Source: Octopus sinensis (lineage: Eukaryota). From it: 64,000 bases of DNA. The translations under genes were made by a program, and so were the position numbers. The notes beneath the pieces were generated by a model. The model was not told where the DNA came from, did not search any database, and saw only the letters and a program-made list of their open reading frames with translations. The stretch lies in contig NC_043015.1 in NCBI RefSeq assembly GCF_006345805.1, forward strand, positions 37,138,001 to 37,202,000, in the 5' to 3' direction. Shown in pieces: positions 41,336-55,002 of this stretch (within the stretch, counting starts at the first letter, position 1; each line of letters starts with the position of its first letter).

Positions 41336-43359
41336 TTCACGTGGCAAAACGAACACCACTCAAAAATTATGAATGAAACAATATAATAAAACAACCAACA
41401 TCGAAAATAGACAAATTACTACGAATTCCCTAAAAAAACCATGATAAACCAAAACTCTTAAAAAACATATAACGATAAAATCTCCTTTGCTAAACTCTAT
41501 AACAAACCTATATAGTAATCCCCCTAACCTAAACATTCACACAAACAACACACGTAAACCACAGACCCACGACTTATACACATACCTAAACTAACTTATA
41601 AACCTCCATATACACCAAAACCCACTCCCTCCCACACAGACAAATTAACTCATACATCCCAAAACCTAAATAACAAACCCATATACACATTCACATACAA
41701 ACACACACACACGCAAAACACACACACACACAGATACATATACTCCCTCACATATACGCATATACATACTCACTAAACTCAATATATACAACAATATTAC
41801 ACACCCACACTCATACAGATAAATAAAAACAACAACTAAAAACTCGCACACAATCTCATATACATAAAACACCTATGAAAACAACATAAATACATCGTAA
41901 TTAACCAGAATATCAAAAATAACATATGACATAAGGATAAATAAAATACATACTTACAATTCGTGTCAAATTATGAAGTGAATTAAATTCTTAGCCGTTA
42001 AAAAAATCAAAGCAAAATTACGTTACCATAGAAATAACTTATGTAAAAAAAGAATACGCGCCATGGAAAGTAAACGTTCAATTAAATTATGAATGGAGAG
42101 AAATAGGAAAATGGAACTAAAAACTATATCCACGTAGCAAACCAACACTACTTAAAAAAATTTATTATGAATGGATTCTTTAAAAAACTACCATGAAAAA
42201 TCATTATATACATCTATGAACTTAGCTCACATTAGCATCTCTAACAAACAACTTGCAGTAACCCAAACCCATTCTCTATGCCTACCTCACTACTACACTA
42301 TTCCATTCACAATTCCAAGCAACGCTAGTCCACCACCCGGTTATTCACGTGGCAAAACGAACACCACTCAAAAATTATGAATGAAACAATGTAATAAAAC
42401 AACCAACATCGAAAATAGACAAATTACCACGAATTCCCTAAAATAACCATGATAAACCAAAACTCATAAAAGCATATAACGATAAAATCTCCCTTGCTAA
42501 ACTCTATAACAAACCTATATAGTAACCCCTAAACCTAAACATTCACACACAAATACACACTCGTAAACCACAGACCCACACTTATACACATACCTATCCT
42601 AATTTATAAACCTCAATATACACCAAAACCCACACCCCCCACACAGACAAATTAACACAAACATCCCAAAACCTAAATAACAAACCCATATACACATTCA
42701 CACACAAACGCACACACACAAAAAAAAACACACACACAACAGATACATATACTCCCTCACATATACTCATATATATACTCACTAAACTCGATATATACAA
42801 CAATATTTACACACCCACACTCATACAGATAAATAAAATATACAACTAAAAACTCACACACAATCTCATATACATAAACACTCCTATGAAAACAACATTA
42901 AATACATCGTAATTAACCAGAATATCAAAATAACAATATAACATAAGGATAAATAAAATACATACTACAAGTCAATTTCAAATAATGAAGTGAAATTAAA
43001 TTCTTAGCCGTTAAAAAAAACAAACCAAAATTACGTTACCATAGAAATAACTTATGGTAAAAAAAAGAGAGAATACGCGCCATAGAAATTAAACGTCATT
43101 TAAATTATGAATGGAGAAATAGAATAAATGGAACTAAAACTATATCCACGTAGCAAACCAACACTACGTAAAAAAATTTATAATGAATGGATTCTTTAAA
43201 AAACTACCATAAAAAACCATTATATACATTTATGAGCTTTAGCTCACCCTAGCAGCTCTAACAAACAACCTACAGCAACCCAAACCTATTCCCGATGCCT
43301 ACCTCACTACCACACTAATCAATTCCAATTCCAAGCAACGCTAGTCCCACCACCGGTTA
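41336..43359. repeat. Two tandem ~1.01-kb A/C-rich units inside the PLE 3' extension
   Basis: gtggcaaaacgaacaccactcaaaaattatgaatgaaac occurs at 41341 and 42349. The units align throughout and end in gcaacgctagtcc..ccggtta. Confidence 0.9.
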
Positions 43360-44505
43360 CAATTCCCAACTCCACCCATTAATTCACAATTTCAACGACA
43401 TTCACCTCCACAACGCTACATATAAGCCTCAACATATACACCGGAGATACACTTACACATCCGTGCGGATGGGTGAGAGTATACATTGAGTGTAGTGATG
43501 GGGCTCCCATTACTATACACATTTGTACCTGTGTGGTAGTCTCCATGTGTATATACGCACGGGTATAAATGCAGGGAGTACACGCGCACGTCATTTGCGT
43601 GTACCCCTCACATGTACATATGCATGCTATTGGGCTCGATATATGCAACAATGTAATCGCGCCCGCATACATGCATATGGGCGAATTGCACAATCAAAAA
43701 ACGCAACGTGTGGGTGTGTGCGTTCCCTGGTTCTGCAATTCACCAATCTGGGTGTGAGTGGGTGTAATCTTATCACTGTGGATGTCGAGCTTAATACGTA
43801 TTTATATAAGTGTGTATTATTGGGGGTTGTACTTATTAATTGTGTGCATGTGCTTCACGCACTTGCGTCCATATATGGAGAATATATTGGGATTACTATG
43901 TGGGTGTAAATTGGGTATGGAGGGGGGAATTTTGTCATTGTATGGGTGTGGGTTTCATTGTGATAGTGGTTAGTTGGTGATTTTTAGTATGTTCTGTATA
44001 TTGGGTTGGTTATGTATTATTCTAGTGTGTATAATTGTATATAATATAATTGGTGATGTGTGAATGGGATTACGCCATTTTTGGGGATGTATGTGTTTAT
44101 TTATCCATGTGGGGCGGAGTGGCCGTTAGGTGTATATGCCGAGGCTCACATGCAATTCCAGGTACATCGAATGAAGTGGGTACTTATATTTGTTATGGGT
44201 GTGTTTACTTTATTATAACAGACAATACCCAATAAAATCTGTCAATTCAACATACCAAATAAAAAACAAAAAAACAAAGGGATCTTAAACATTCACACAT
44301 ACATACAAAACTCAATTAAAAACACCACTAAATAACACCCATAAACATAAAATATCCTCCAAAATATATACATAAAAAATGAACTATTAAAACAAAGAAA
44401 TATAATAAAGACTAACTATAATTAAGCCTAGACAACATAACCAAAAATATATTATCTAAACTAATTTAAACTAAACTAAAGTAACCTAAAAGGGAACTAT
44501 TATTG

Positions 44506-46030
44506 CTATTTATCATGAAACTTATTATATAGGTAAAGTAACTTATGTCTGCATTTTATATTGCGCTCCTCGCCAGTATTAAGTAAATTATCATACTTAT
44601 AAAATAAAATTTCTTTAAACTCATTAGAGCATAAATACAACAATTAGCTCCTATAGTATATGATTTAGTTTTACAAATTATTTCCCAATTAAACTATAAT
44701 TAATATTTAGTGATTTAATACGCCAAATGTACTTACTAAGTCCGGTTGAGTTGATTAAGTTTTTATTTTAAAAGAATTCATATGTTGTGCGATTCTTAGT
44801 TTTATTTTTAGGAAGTAGAAACCTATATAAACCGCTTTTTTGTAATTATTATTCTTAAAGTTATTCATCATAATGTAACTATACATTTATACACTACATC
44901 GTTAATATCACAATTATTATTTAATATACAATTAGATTTATCTCTACATGTACAATTAATATAAGTCTTATCATTATTAATATTATTATCAAATAATTTC
45001 TTTTTATAAAAATTATTCAGTTTATATTTATTAAATGAAGAAATAATGTTACCAACATTATTAGTGGTAGAGTAACCAACTCCAAAATTATTAAAAGAGA
45101 AAATGTTTCTATATTTACGATTATCTCTAATAAATAGTTCTATAACATCTAAAATCTCTTTAATAATATTCGTTTTTACTTGATCTCCATAAGGAACTAT
45201 TAACCAAATTTTATTCTTATTAACCTTATTATTATATCTTATTATAAATATATTTATAATTCTTTATTTTATTAAAATTATTATCAGAATTATATCTATG
45301 TACAGCATTTAAGGAATTATTAATATATTTAAATTTATCAATATAATTATTATAATAATTATTAAATTTATTTTTATTATATTATTCTTATTTATATTAT
45401 ATTATTATATTTATTATTATTATTATTATTCTTATTTATATTTTTATCATTTTATTATTTTTTTAAAATATCTAGATTTTTTACCACTAAACCTAACAAA
45501 ATTATAATTATTATTAGAAGTATCTCGAAAATTAACAATTAAATCTTTATCACTAATATTATAAAATTTAATATTCCTATTATAACCTGCCCCCTAAGGC
45601 CTCATTATAATAATTAGCATGTTTATTAAAAATCTCTATATCATAAGAGAGTAATGAAATACGTTTACTTATATTATTAATCAACGATTGTTTAATAGAA
45701 AATGGGTGATTACTATTAACATTTATATATCTAAGGTTCTCATTAAGTTTATGATATGGTTGTGTTTTACCTGTAATAGATTAAAATTAACATCTAAATA
45801 ATTAACATTATAATTCTCCTTATATATAGTAATACTTAAACCATATCTTTTAAAGAAACTATATAGTTTTTCTTATATACTTCTAGATTCCTATTAGTAC
45901 AATTCTTTGTAACTAGTAGAAGATCGTCTCTATAAAACCACCCTCTATCTTAAGATTTCTAATTGGAGTTCAGATAAAAGAAAAATACCTACTAAATCAG
46001 TAGCCTGTGCAGAATCTGTGCTCCCATAGG
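44506..46030 (-). pseudogene. PLE reverse transcriptase (from motif PMG) plus thumb, Asn-rich linker and C-terminal GIY-YIG endonuclease; frameshifted
   Basis: Joining frames gives PMGA.DSAQATDLVGIFLLSEL, GGFYRDDLLLV, PYHKLNENLRYINVNSNHPFSIK..ISKRISLLS, IWLIVPYG, NCTCRDKSNC..NC..DVVYKC, VYIG..KLRIAQHMNSF, TGLSKYIW and C.LCSNE..LLNTGEE..KCRH, with the stop at 44506-44508. Confidence 0.9.
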
Positions 46031-47074
46031 TGAGTGGGGTGGGAGTTTGTATTTGTTAGGGTGTGTGTGGTTACGAGTGGTTTTGTGTGTGAATGTATAG
46101 GTTAAAGGAATTGCTATATAAGTATGTTTTAGTGTTTAGTAAAGGAGGTTTTATCATTTCTGTTTTGTGAGTTTTAGCTTATCATGGTAGTTTATAAAAG
46201 AATCCATTCATAATTTTTGTGTTTATTTGTCTGTGTGGGGTTGAGTGGGTTTTTGGAGTATATGTTGAGGTTATGTATGTATTGGTATGTGTAAGTGGTG
46301 TGGGTATTTGTATATGTCGTGGGTGTGTGGTTTACGTGTGTGTATTGTGTGTGAATGTTTAGGTTAGGGGGATTGCTATATAAGTTTGTTATAGAGTTTA
46401 GTAAAGGGAGATTTTATCATTATATGTTTTTATGAGTTTTGGTTATCATGGTAGGTTTGGATAAGGAATTTGTAGTAATTGTGTCTATTTGCGATGTCTG
46501 TTGTTTTATTGCATTGTTTCATTCATAATTTTTAAGTTGTGTTCGTTTTACCAAGTGAATATAATTTTTAATTCCATTTATTCCATTTCTCCGTTCATAG
46601 TTTTGAGTGATGTCCGTTTCTAGAGCGTGAATGTGGGTTGTATGTGTGTGTGTGTGGGAGTATGAATAAGTATTGTGTTGAAGTATTTAGCTATTTTATT
46701 TATTTATAGTTGCCTAGACATTTTTATGTGTATGTATAGGGATATATATATAGGTGTGTGATTAGTGTATGTAGTTAGATATGGTTATATATAATTAGGT
46801 ATATGCGTATGGGTGTATATATAGTTTATTATTATATTATTATTATTTTTTTTGTTGTTTTTATATTTTATATTTTATATTTTATATTTTATATTTTATT
46901 TTATATTTAATTGTTGAGAGGTTTTTTTAGTTATATATTGTTTATATATTGTTTATATATGGATTATAGATAGGTTATATATGGATTATATACTTATATT
47001 TTTTCATTCATACTTTAATTATTTTAAAATTATTATTTTTATATTTTAAAATATTGATTTTTTAGATTGGAAGT

Positions 47075-47115
47075 CCACCTGAAGATTGTCGATCAAGAAG
47101 AAACGATTGTAGTGG
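47075..47115 (+). ncRNA. Type I hammerhead ribozyme in the inverted PLE copy
   Basis: ccac-CUGAAGA-ttgtcgatcaagaa-GAAA-C-gatt-GUA-gtgg. Stem II has a 2-nt deletion relative to the 40.36 kb copy. Confidence 0.75.
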
Positions 47116-47212
47116 CGGTTTTTTTTGACTATTTATTAAAATTTTATGTATTGATTAAGTCTTTCCTTGTTTGTTTTGCAAAATAGTGGTTTTGTCTCGA
47201 ATAATATTTTAT

Positions 47213-47258
<46 letters not shown>

Positions 47259-47284
47259 TATATATATATAATAGATATATATAT

Positions 47285-47328
<44 letters not shown>

Positions 47329-47367
47329 GTAGATAGATAGATAGAGATAGATAGATAGTAGATAGAT

Positions 47368-47404
<37 letters not shown>

Positions 47405-47659
47405 ATATAAACACAAAGAGATAGAGAGAGAGTGAAAGAAAGAAATACAGAGCTAAAGAGAAGACATATGTATATGTATATATACATATGTGTATGTATA
47501 TATATATACATATGTGTGTGTTTATATATATACAGATATGGTTCCCGTTGAAAAACTGACGGATTTCGAGATGCCATAACTCATTCATTTTCACTCTTTT
47601 TCCTCTTGTTATTTTTTTTTTTTTGCCTGTTACAGAGCAACCCGTGGAGACTAAAATCG

Positions 47660-47950
47660 TTACGTTTGATGTCCAGCAACCCGCAGAACTAATTGAGTTT
47701 TTCTATTCGAGTGAAATATCAAGTATTCAAACTCAGAGTAAGTACCGGCAATATTTTACAGTCAATATTTTACAGTGCTAGCGATTCCATGATTCGGAAC
47801 CTAATCGCCTGGTGTGAAAGAACTGCATCAGTCGGCGATCTTTCTGGAAGGGGTCCGAAGCGCACTGCGCGCACTGACGCAGCGGTGGACGTTGTACAGC
47901 AGAGTGTCCTTGAGGATCCCTCAGCCTCTACCTGCCGTACTCTGTTCCAC
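47660..47950 (+). pseudogene. Tc1/mariner-superfamily transposase N-terminal fragment (DUF4817-like HTH)
   Basis: TFDVQQPAELIEFFYSSEISSIQTQSKYRQYF, then after a frameshift SDSMIRNLIAWCERTASVGDLSGRGPKRTART..VQQSVLEDPSAST. Confidence 0.65.
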
Positions 47951-48174
47951 TAGGCATCGCCAGAACGACTTTTTAGAAGATTCTGCAGCTGAATATTAAA
48001 AAATGTTTCCATTCAAATAAAACATAAAAAACACGTGTTTGTAAATGTTATTTTTGTTTTATGTCATTCCGTTATTCAGGACCAGTATATATCCATCTAT
48101 ATATATCTCTCTCTCTATCTCTCTCTCTCTATGTATATATATATATATTATATGTATATATATATATATATATA

Positions 48175-48239
<65 letters not shown>

Positions 48240-48764
48240 TATATACATAGAGAGAGAGAGAGAGAGAGATAGATGGATATAGATATAGATATATATATAC
48301 ACATATATACACAAGTGTATGTTGTATATGTATGTGTGTGAGTATGTGTATGCGTGTGTAAGTGTTTTTATAAATGTATATATGTGAATATATGGTTAAG
48401 TATATTATATATTAATAAAAAAAAGCTCATTATCTCATATTATGTTCATTTACGTTGGCCTTTGATGTGCTGAAAAGTGTCGCCGGTTAATCTAAACCTA
48501 AAACAAGGACTAATTGCAAAGGATTACATAAATACATAATAGCAACAGTGGAAAAAAAAAACAGCAAACGCCACATTCAGTTTTCTTCCATTGGAGATGA
48601 ATGACGATCGAATGAATGGATTTTGTAGCACAATGCTAAAGTATAGACACAGCTAATATACTCTAATGAGTAACAATATAAAGCAATCATTGAATGTTAT
48701 TGTGTAGACTTAAGCGAAATTTTTCAATTTCCTGTCTTAATATCAGTAAAAGCCGCTGTCTCTG

Positions 48765-48892
48765 TTAAGAAGTTTGATTTCCAACGACATGGTTCCGAGG
48801 TCAATCCCACTGCTTAGACGAGCGTGGTCTACTATAGCCTAAGGCCCGCTAAATCCTTGTACATATCGGTAGACGGTAACTGAATGTTCGTA

Positions 48893-48895
<3 letters not shown>
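48765..48895 (+). mobile_element. Degenerate SINE head (same family as 49.5 kb)
   Basis: aagaagtttgatttccaacgacatggttcc..cccactgc..ctactatagcct..gtagacggtaactgaa. Confidence 0.7.
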
Positions 48896-48935
<40 letters not shown>

Positions 48936-48960
48936 ATCTATATATATATATATTACATAT

Positions 48961-49146
48961 ATCAAATAAGCGACAAGGCTATCCAGAGGCAATGCAGTAC
49001 CATAGTTTCAAGTGTCTCCATTTAATTGAACAATGCAATCATTACATCAATTAAAATGCAGAAGCAATTCTCGGCTGCATAAAGAAATAGAATTTAATTA
49101 AATTAAAGCAGATGGACACATTAGTATAATTTTACTTAAACTCTCC
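48961..49146. mobile_element. Truncated copy of the 33.05-33.42 kb palindromic MITE
   Basis: Aligns to the reverse complement of 33235-33416 (..catttaattgaacaatgcaatcattacatcaat..cagatggacac). Confidence 0.75.
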
Positions 49147-49494
49147 AAAAAGGTAAGGAAATAGACAAAGAACATGCTCTCTTCACCTCACCTTAGAAGC
49201 TACAATTTTAATTTTAATCGTCTTATTTTGAAATTGCATAACACTGTACTAAATTCTGTTGCCTCAACGGAAGTGCCATATCTATCTGTATCCCCCTCTC
49301 CCTCTCTCTCTCACTCTCTGTATATTTATAGATGTGTGTGTGTGTGTGTGTATGTGTGTGTGTGGCTGTGTTTGTGTATGTTGCTTACCAACACTTCTTA
49401 ACCGGTGTCGATGTTTTTAATTCCCCGCAACTTAAATGTTGCGATTTATAATTAGGAGTTTCTCATTTGAAATAAAATACTAATATTCTCTTTA

Positions 49495-49897
49495 CTCTTT
49501 ACTCTTTTACTTGTTTCAGTCATTTGACTGCGGCCATGCTGGAGCACCGCCTTTAGTCGAGCAAATCGACCCCGGGACTTATTCTTTGTAAGCCCAGTAC
49601 TTATTCTATCGGTCTCTTTTGCCGAACCGCTAAGTGACGGGGACGTAAACACACCAGCATCGGTTGTCAAGCAATGCTAGGGGGACAAACACAGACACAC
49701 AAACATATACACACACACTTATATATATATACATATATACGACAGGCTTCTTTCAGTTTCCGTCTACCAAATCCACTCACAAGGCATTGGTCGGCCCGGG
49801 GCTACAGCAGAAGACACTTGCCCAAGATGCTACGCAGTGGGACTGAACCTGGAACCATGTGGTTGGTTAGCAAGCTACTTACCACACAGCCACTCCT
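49495..49897 (-). mobile_element. Near full-length composite tRNA-derived SINE (head, internal TG/TA microsatellite, tail)
   Basis: Reverse strand head gtggctgtgtggtaagtagcttgct..ggttcagtcccactgcgt and tail ..ggcggtgctccagcatggccgcagtcaaatgactgaaacaagtaaaagag. Confidence 0.88.
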
Positions 49898-50694
49898 GCG
49901 CCTAATATACATATTTTTGATAAGTGGAATGTGCAGACGTGCTTAACGAGGTCACAACTCGGAGTATAAACACTGCTACCATATATATAGGTATCTTCTA
50001 CTTCACCGCTTCTTACCTCGGCTACTGCTGCTTAAGCAATCAAAACCAAGAACTCACATGCCTCATTCCAAATATTCTTTTACATCTGTTACTATCTAAT
50101 TCCTGCTGCCAAGCCTTCACAAGATTGAAAGAGAGAGAGACAAACACAGAGAAAAATATTAAAATATTTTAAAAAACATTTAATCTCATTTTTCCACGAT
50201 TTAATTCTTTTATATGCTTTACTCTAAGTTGAAAAAGTTATAACGACTGAAACCGGTACTTAAAATAAAATTATTTTAGCATTCTCTACTTTGTCCTATT
50301 TTCATTATGTGTGTGTTGTGTGGAGGTGTGTGGAGGTGCATGGAGGGATGTATTTATATATATTCGTATCAATTTTTTTATAAACATTCACACACATTAA
50401 ACTGATATACATACCTGCATGTACAACATGGTGTTACTTGAATGCATTCATGCATACTAACTTTACCCGGTCATATTACGTTCTAAGGAACTGTGGATAG
50501 ACCCTACGACTACAATTTCTTACATTTCTATACTATAAACCCAATCAACATTCCGGTTCAGTTTGTTCCTCTGCCATATTCAGGAATATTTCTTCCGTTG
50601 ATTCGATTTCTGAGTGACCCCCAAAATTTTGCTATTATTTCATAGCATATTAAAGGTCGTAGTTCAAACTCATAACATTTATGCTGGCTTTCTG

Positions 50695-51090
50695 ATATGG
50701 CTGTGTGCTCAGAAGTTTCCTTCTCAAACACAAAGTTCCATGTTTAATGCTACTGCGTGGCACCTTGGGCAAGTGTCTCCTACTATAGCGTCGGGCCGAC
50801 CAAAGACTTGGGAGTAGATTTGGTAAATATACATGTGTGTGTGTTTGTGTGTTTGTGTGTATGTGCGCGAGTCTGTGTGTGTGCGCGTGTGTGTGTGATA
50901 GACTATGTGTCTGTTTGTCTCCTACCGCCACTTTATAGCCGGTGTTAGTGTGCTTACGTCCCTTTAACTTTGCAGTTCAGCGAAATAGACAGATAAAATA
51001 AATGCCGGGTTTAACCAAATAAGCAAAAATGTCCAGTCACTCGATTTAAAGCTCTTTAAAGCGATGCCCCAGCATGGCCACAGTGTAAGA
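50695..51090 (+). mobile_element. Diverged copy of the composite SINE
   Basis: ggctgtgtgctcagaagtttcc..ctgcgtggcaccttgggcaagtgtct..(tg)n..ccccagcatggcc. Confidence 0.8.
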
Positions 51091-51181
51091 ATAAATCTTT
51101 TACGGAGCCTGTAATCAATCTCACACCCTGCGTTCTCTCAATGTCATTATAACTGTCTCAGGTGGTTGCAAATAGAATTTC

Positions 51182-52193
<1,012 letters not shown>

Positions 52194-53451
52194 AAAAGTT
52201 TGGATGAATAGACTGGGGCAGATTGAAATGAAGTAACATATTCAAGGACATAACGCGGTGCTGAATCTAATGAACTTTCTGATAGTGGCTTTAATCTGAG
52301 CATCAGATTACGAGAAAAATACCTATAACAATAGATCATGTGCCCTTGATGTGAAACGACTCAAATTGGAGAAATGTATTATACTGAAAAGTTTAGAGTT
52401 CATGAAACTAGATAAATAATGCCAGAATTATATTGATTGAAAAAAAGAGTTACGGTTTTCGGGTTCCTCTGTTAATATAAAGGAACCCTTTCTCCTATTT
52501 ATCACAAAAATAGCACTTTGCAACGAGACGACTAACTTTCTCAGCGTGGATTTTTTTACCCGAAAAAGACTTGGATCTCAATCCCATTTCGAATTTTTCT
52601 GTGTAATAAGTATTCTTCTTTTTCCAAATATATTGCTCCTTAAATGTTTGAGTGTAGTTATCGTAGATTTCTTTCAGAATTGAGATGTATATTTATGTGT
52701 ATCTAATTTAGAAGTGTGAGTGAATATATTCCATAGGATATCTTAATCTGTGTAGCCAGTTATTTCTGATTTCAATAGCAGTTACTAGCATACTTACAAT
52801 TTCAACAGATATTGTTGTGTATTGGTCTTTGACTTAACTTTTGTACGTTGATGGATGTTAGAGTTTATCGAAAATTTGAAGTGATAGAGAAGGATGATTT
52901 GATAAAGATTTCGTTAAAAAAATAATTCTTTAGCCTTTTGTTCTAACTGGACGCGAGATCTAAGAAGCTAGGAGAAAGTTGTAACAGTTTGATTAATTAC
53001 TTCTAAGTTAAAGTGAGAATTATATAAAGTTATGTTAGTTGTCCTATTCATGCTTCTATTCTTTCTATTAATATTATTTGTAATAATTTTACGGTAGATT
53101 CTTCTGTCTACCATTTTTATGAAGCGTTATGACCTCTGTGGTGGCGGCTTTGATCTGGAGATGTGCAGTTTTATTAAAGAATTTTATGTCAACGGAAAAA
53201 TTTCGGATTCGAAGCGAAATATCTTTAAAATTATTAATTATATTTTGTGAGCGTTTGTAAAGTAAGTGCATGCAGTGCAAAGATACGTGTAGGTTTATAA
53301 AAAGTCGCAGAATAAGATAAGTCAAGCATTAAACGTAAACTTTTATACATAGCAACCTTTTGATGTTAGTCTCACTTAGTCTCCGATGTCCTGAGATATA
53401 CTGTGAGTTTTTTCTTAATATTTAACATCTTATTATTCTCACAAATTCACT

Positions 53452-53875
53452 TTACTCTTTTTTACTTGTTTCAATCATTTGACAGTGGCCATGCTGGAGC
53501 ACCGCCTTTAGTCGAGCAAATCGACCTCAGGACTTATTCTTCGTAAGCCTAGTACTTATTCTATTGGCTTCTTTTGCTGAACCGCTAAGTAACGGGGACG
53601 TAAACACACCAGCATCAGTTGTCAAGTGATGTTGGAAGGAGAAACACAGACACACAAACATACACACACACACACACACACACACATACACACATATATA
53701 TATATATGCATATATACGATGGGCTTCTTTCAGTTTCCATCTACCATATCCACTCACAAGGCTGTGGTCGGCCCGAGGCTATAGTCGAAAATACTTGGCC
53801 AAGATGCCACGCAGTGGGACTGAACTCGCAAGCATGTGGTTGGTGATCAAGCTACTTACCACACAACGACTCCTT
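53452..53875 (-). mobile_element. Near full-length composite SINE
   Basis: Closely similar to 49495-49897 along its whole length. Confidence 0.88.
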
Positions 53876-54619
53876 CTCATTAAATTTTGAAACATCCTTA
53901 GTTCACATCGCTAATTCTTTTGTTTAATTATTCAAAATAAATGAAATTTTTCTGCACAGAAAAGGAAGATTTTGCAGCAAGCAGATTCCCTTTTATTCTC
54001 CTCTCACCCAACAGTTCCAGAAGTCTACTATTTTTTATATTAATATTATTTAATTCAAACACATTAACTCTCTTATATGAATTTCATTACGACGCTGCTA
54101 GCTATTAATTCTTTCTTTTCTGTCTACTATTTTCCCAAGGAAAATAGATTTATTGCGAATTTTTTGTATAATTAAAGATGATGTTCTTAAAAGTTTTAAA
54201 TTTTAGGAATTCAACTCGTATTCTCCACATTTCTCACAGTTCCATCAATTTTTGTGCCTCCAATATTTTTTTTTTACATGGAAATAGTTACTACGCATTT
54301 CATTGATATTCTTTCTAATGAATTTCTCAATCACAAAAAGTTATTCCTCCGTCCACCTTAGCTCAGAATTCCAAGTTGTTCAGTTGCATTGCTTGTTTTC
54401 ATTACTCACCACAGTTTCTCTGTCCCAAATTATCCTCCGCCCTTCAGTATATATCGCAACATTTCTATCCGAAAATTATGTACGAATGCAAGGGCATCAA
54501 TCATATCCCACTCATTCCATAAGCACCGAAACACGCGGCGATATATAATGAATCACTACTAATTTCATTTAATCTAACTTAATATACCCATATATTTATT
54601 TATATATATATATATATAT

Positions 54620-54914
54620 TCTGAGACCCTCTTCAGTCACGACAATGACAAGGGGATTGCACCTAGAAAGTTAACCTCCCAGACATATGTCTGGAAGACC
54701 AGCAGTCGGCCAATACATATCGGCCCTTTCCACGCCATCAGTGTTATCCAAGGGAAAGGCAAAGGCCGATAGAGCTTGACACCTGTGACGTCGCAACTCA
54801 TTTCTACAGCTGAGTGAACTGGAGCGATGTGAAATAAAGTGTCACAACACGCAACCCGGCTCGGAATTGGAGCTCACAACTTCACGATCGTAAGCTCGAT
54901 GCTCTAACCGCCTT

Positions 54915-54915
<1 letters not shown>
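54620..54915 (-). mobile_element. tRNA-derived SINE, second family
   Basis: Shares agcttg.cacc.gtgacgt..ctcatttctac..tgagtgaactgga..gtgaaataa.gtgtc with 25478-25650. Confidence 0.75.
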
Positions 54916-54952
<37 letters not shown>

Positions 54953-54968
54953 AACACACACACACACA

Positions 54969-55002
<34 letters not shown>

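Larger units (their letters stand above)
40165..47210 (-). mobile_element. Penelope-like retroelement: 5'-truncated, with inverted 5' copy of its 3' end, inserted in (TA)n
   Basis: RT plus GIY-YIG ORF at 44506-46030 (-). 46031-47210 is the reverse complement of about 40245-41183, with ~240 bp extra. Hammerheads lie near both ends and TA arrays abut both ends. Confidence 0.88.

Noticed and set aside
41336-43359. Second protein-coding ORF on the A/C-rich strand
   Set aside because: Only short T/N/H/K-rich frames interrupted by stops; these are explained by base composition.
43466-44220. ADAR hyper-edited (A-to-G) retrocopy
   Set aside because: A-to-G changes are seen near 43890-43945, but G-to-A and T-to-C changes dominate at 44130-44200 and there are large deletions. 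Bidirectional noise fits base-calling error better.
40400-47070. NUMT or mitochondrial control region, suggested by extreme AT content and A/C versus G/T skew
   Set aside because: No mitochondrial gene, rRNA or tRNA is recognisable. The central part translates as PLE RT plus GIY-YIG, and the ends carry hammerheads.
49860-49897. tRNA genes at SINE heads (also 25560-25640 and 27215-27265)
   Set aside because: A/B boxes are present, but there is no cloverleaf and the sequence continues into SINE bodies.
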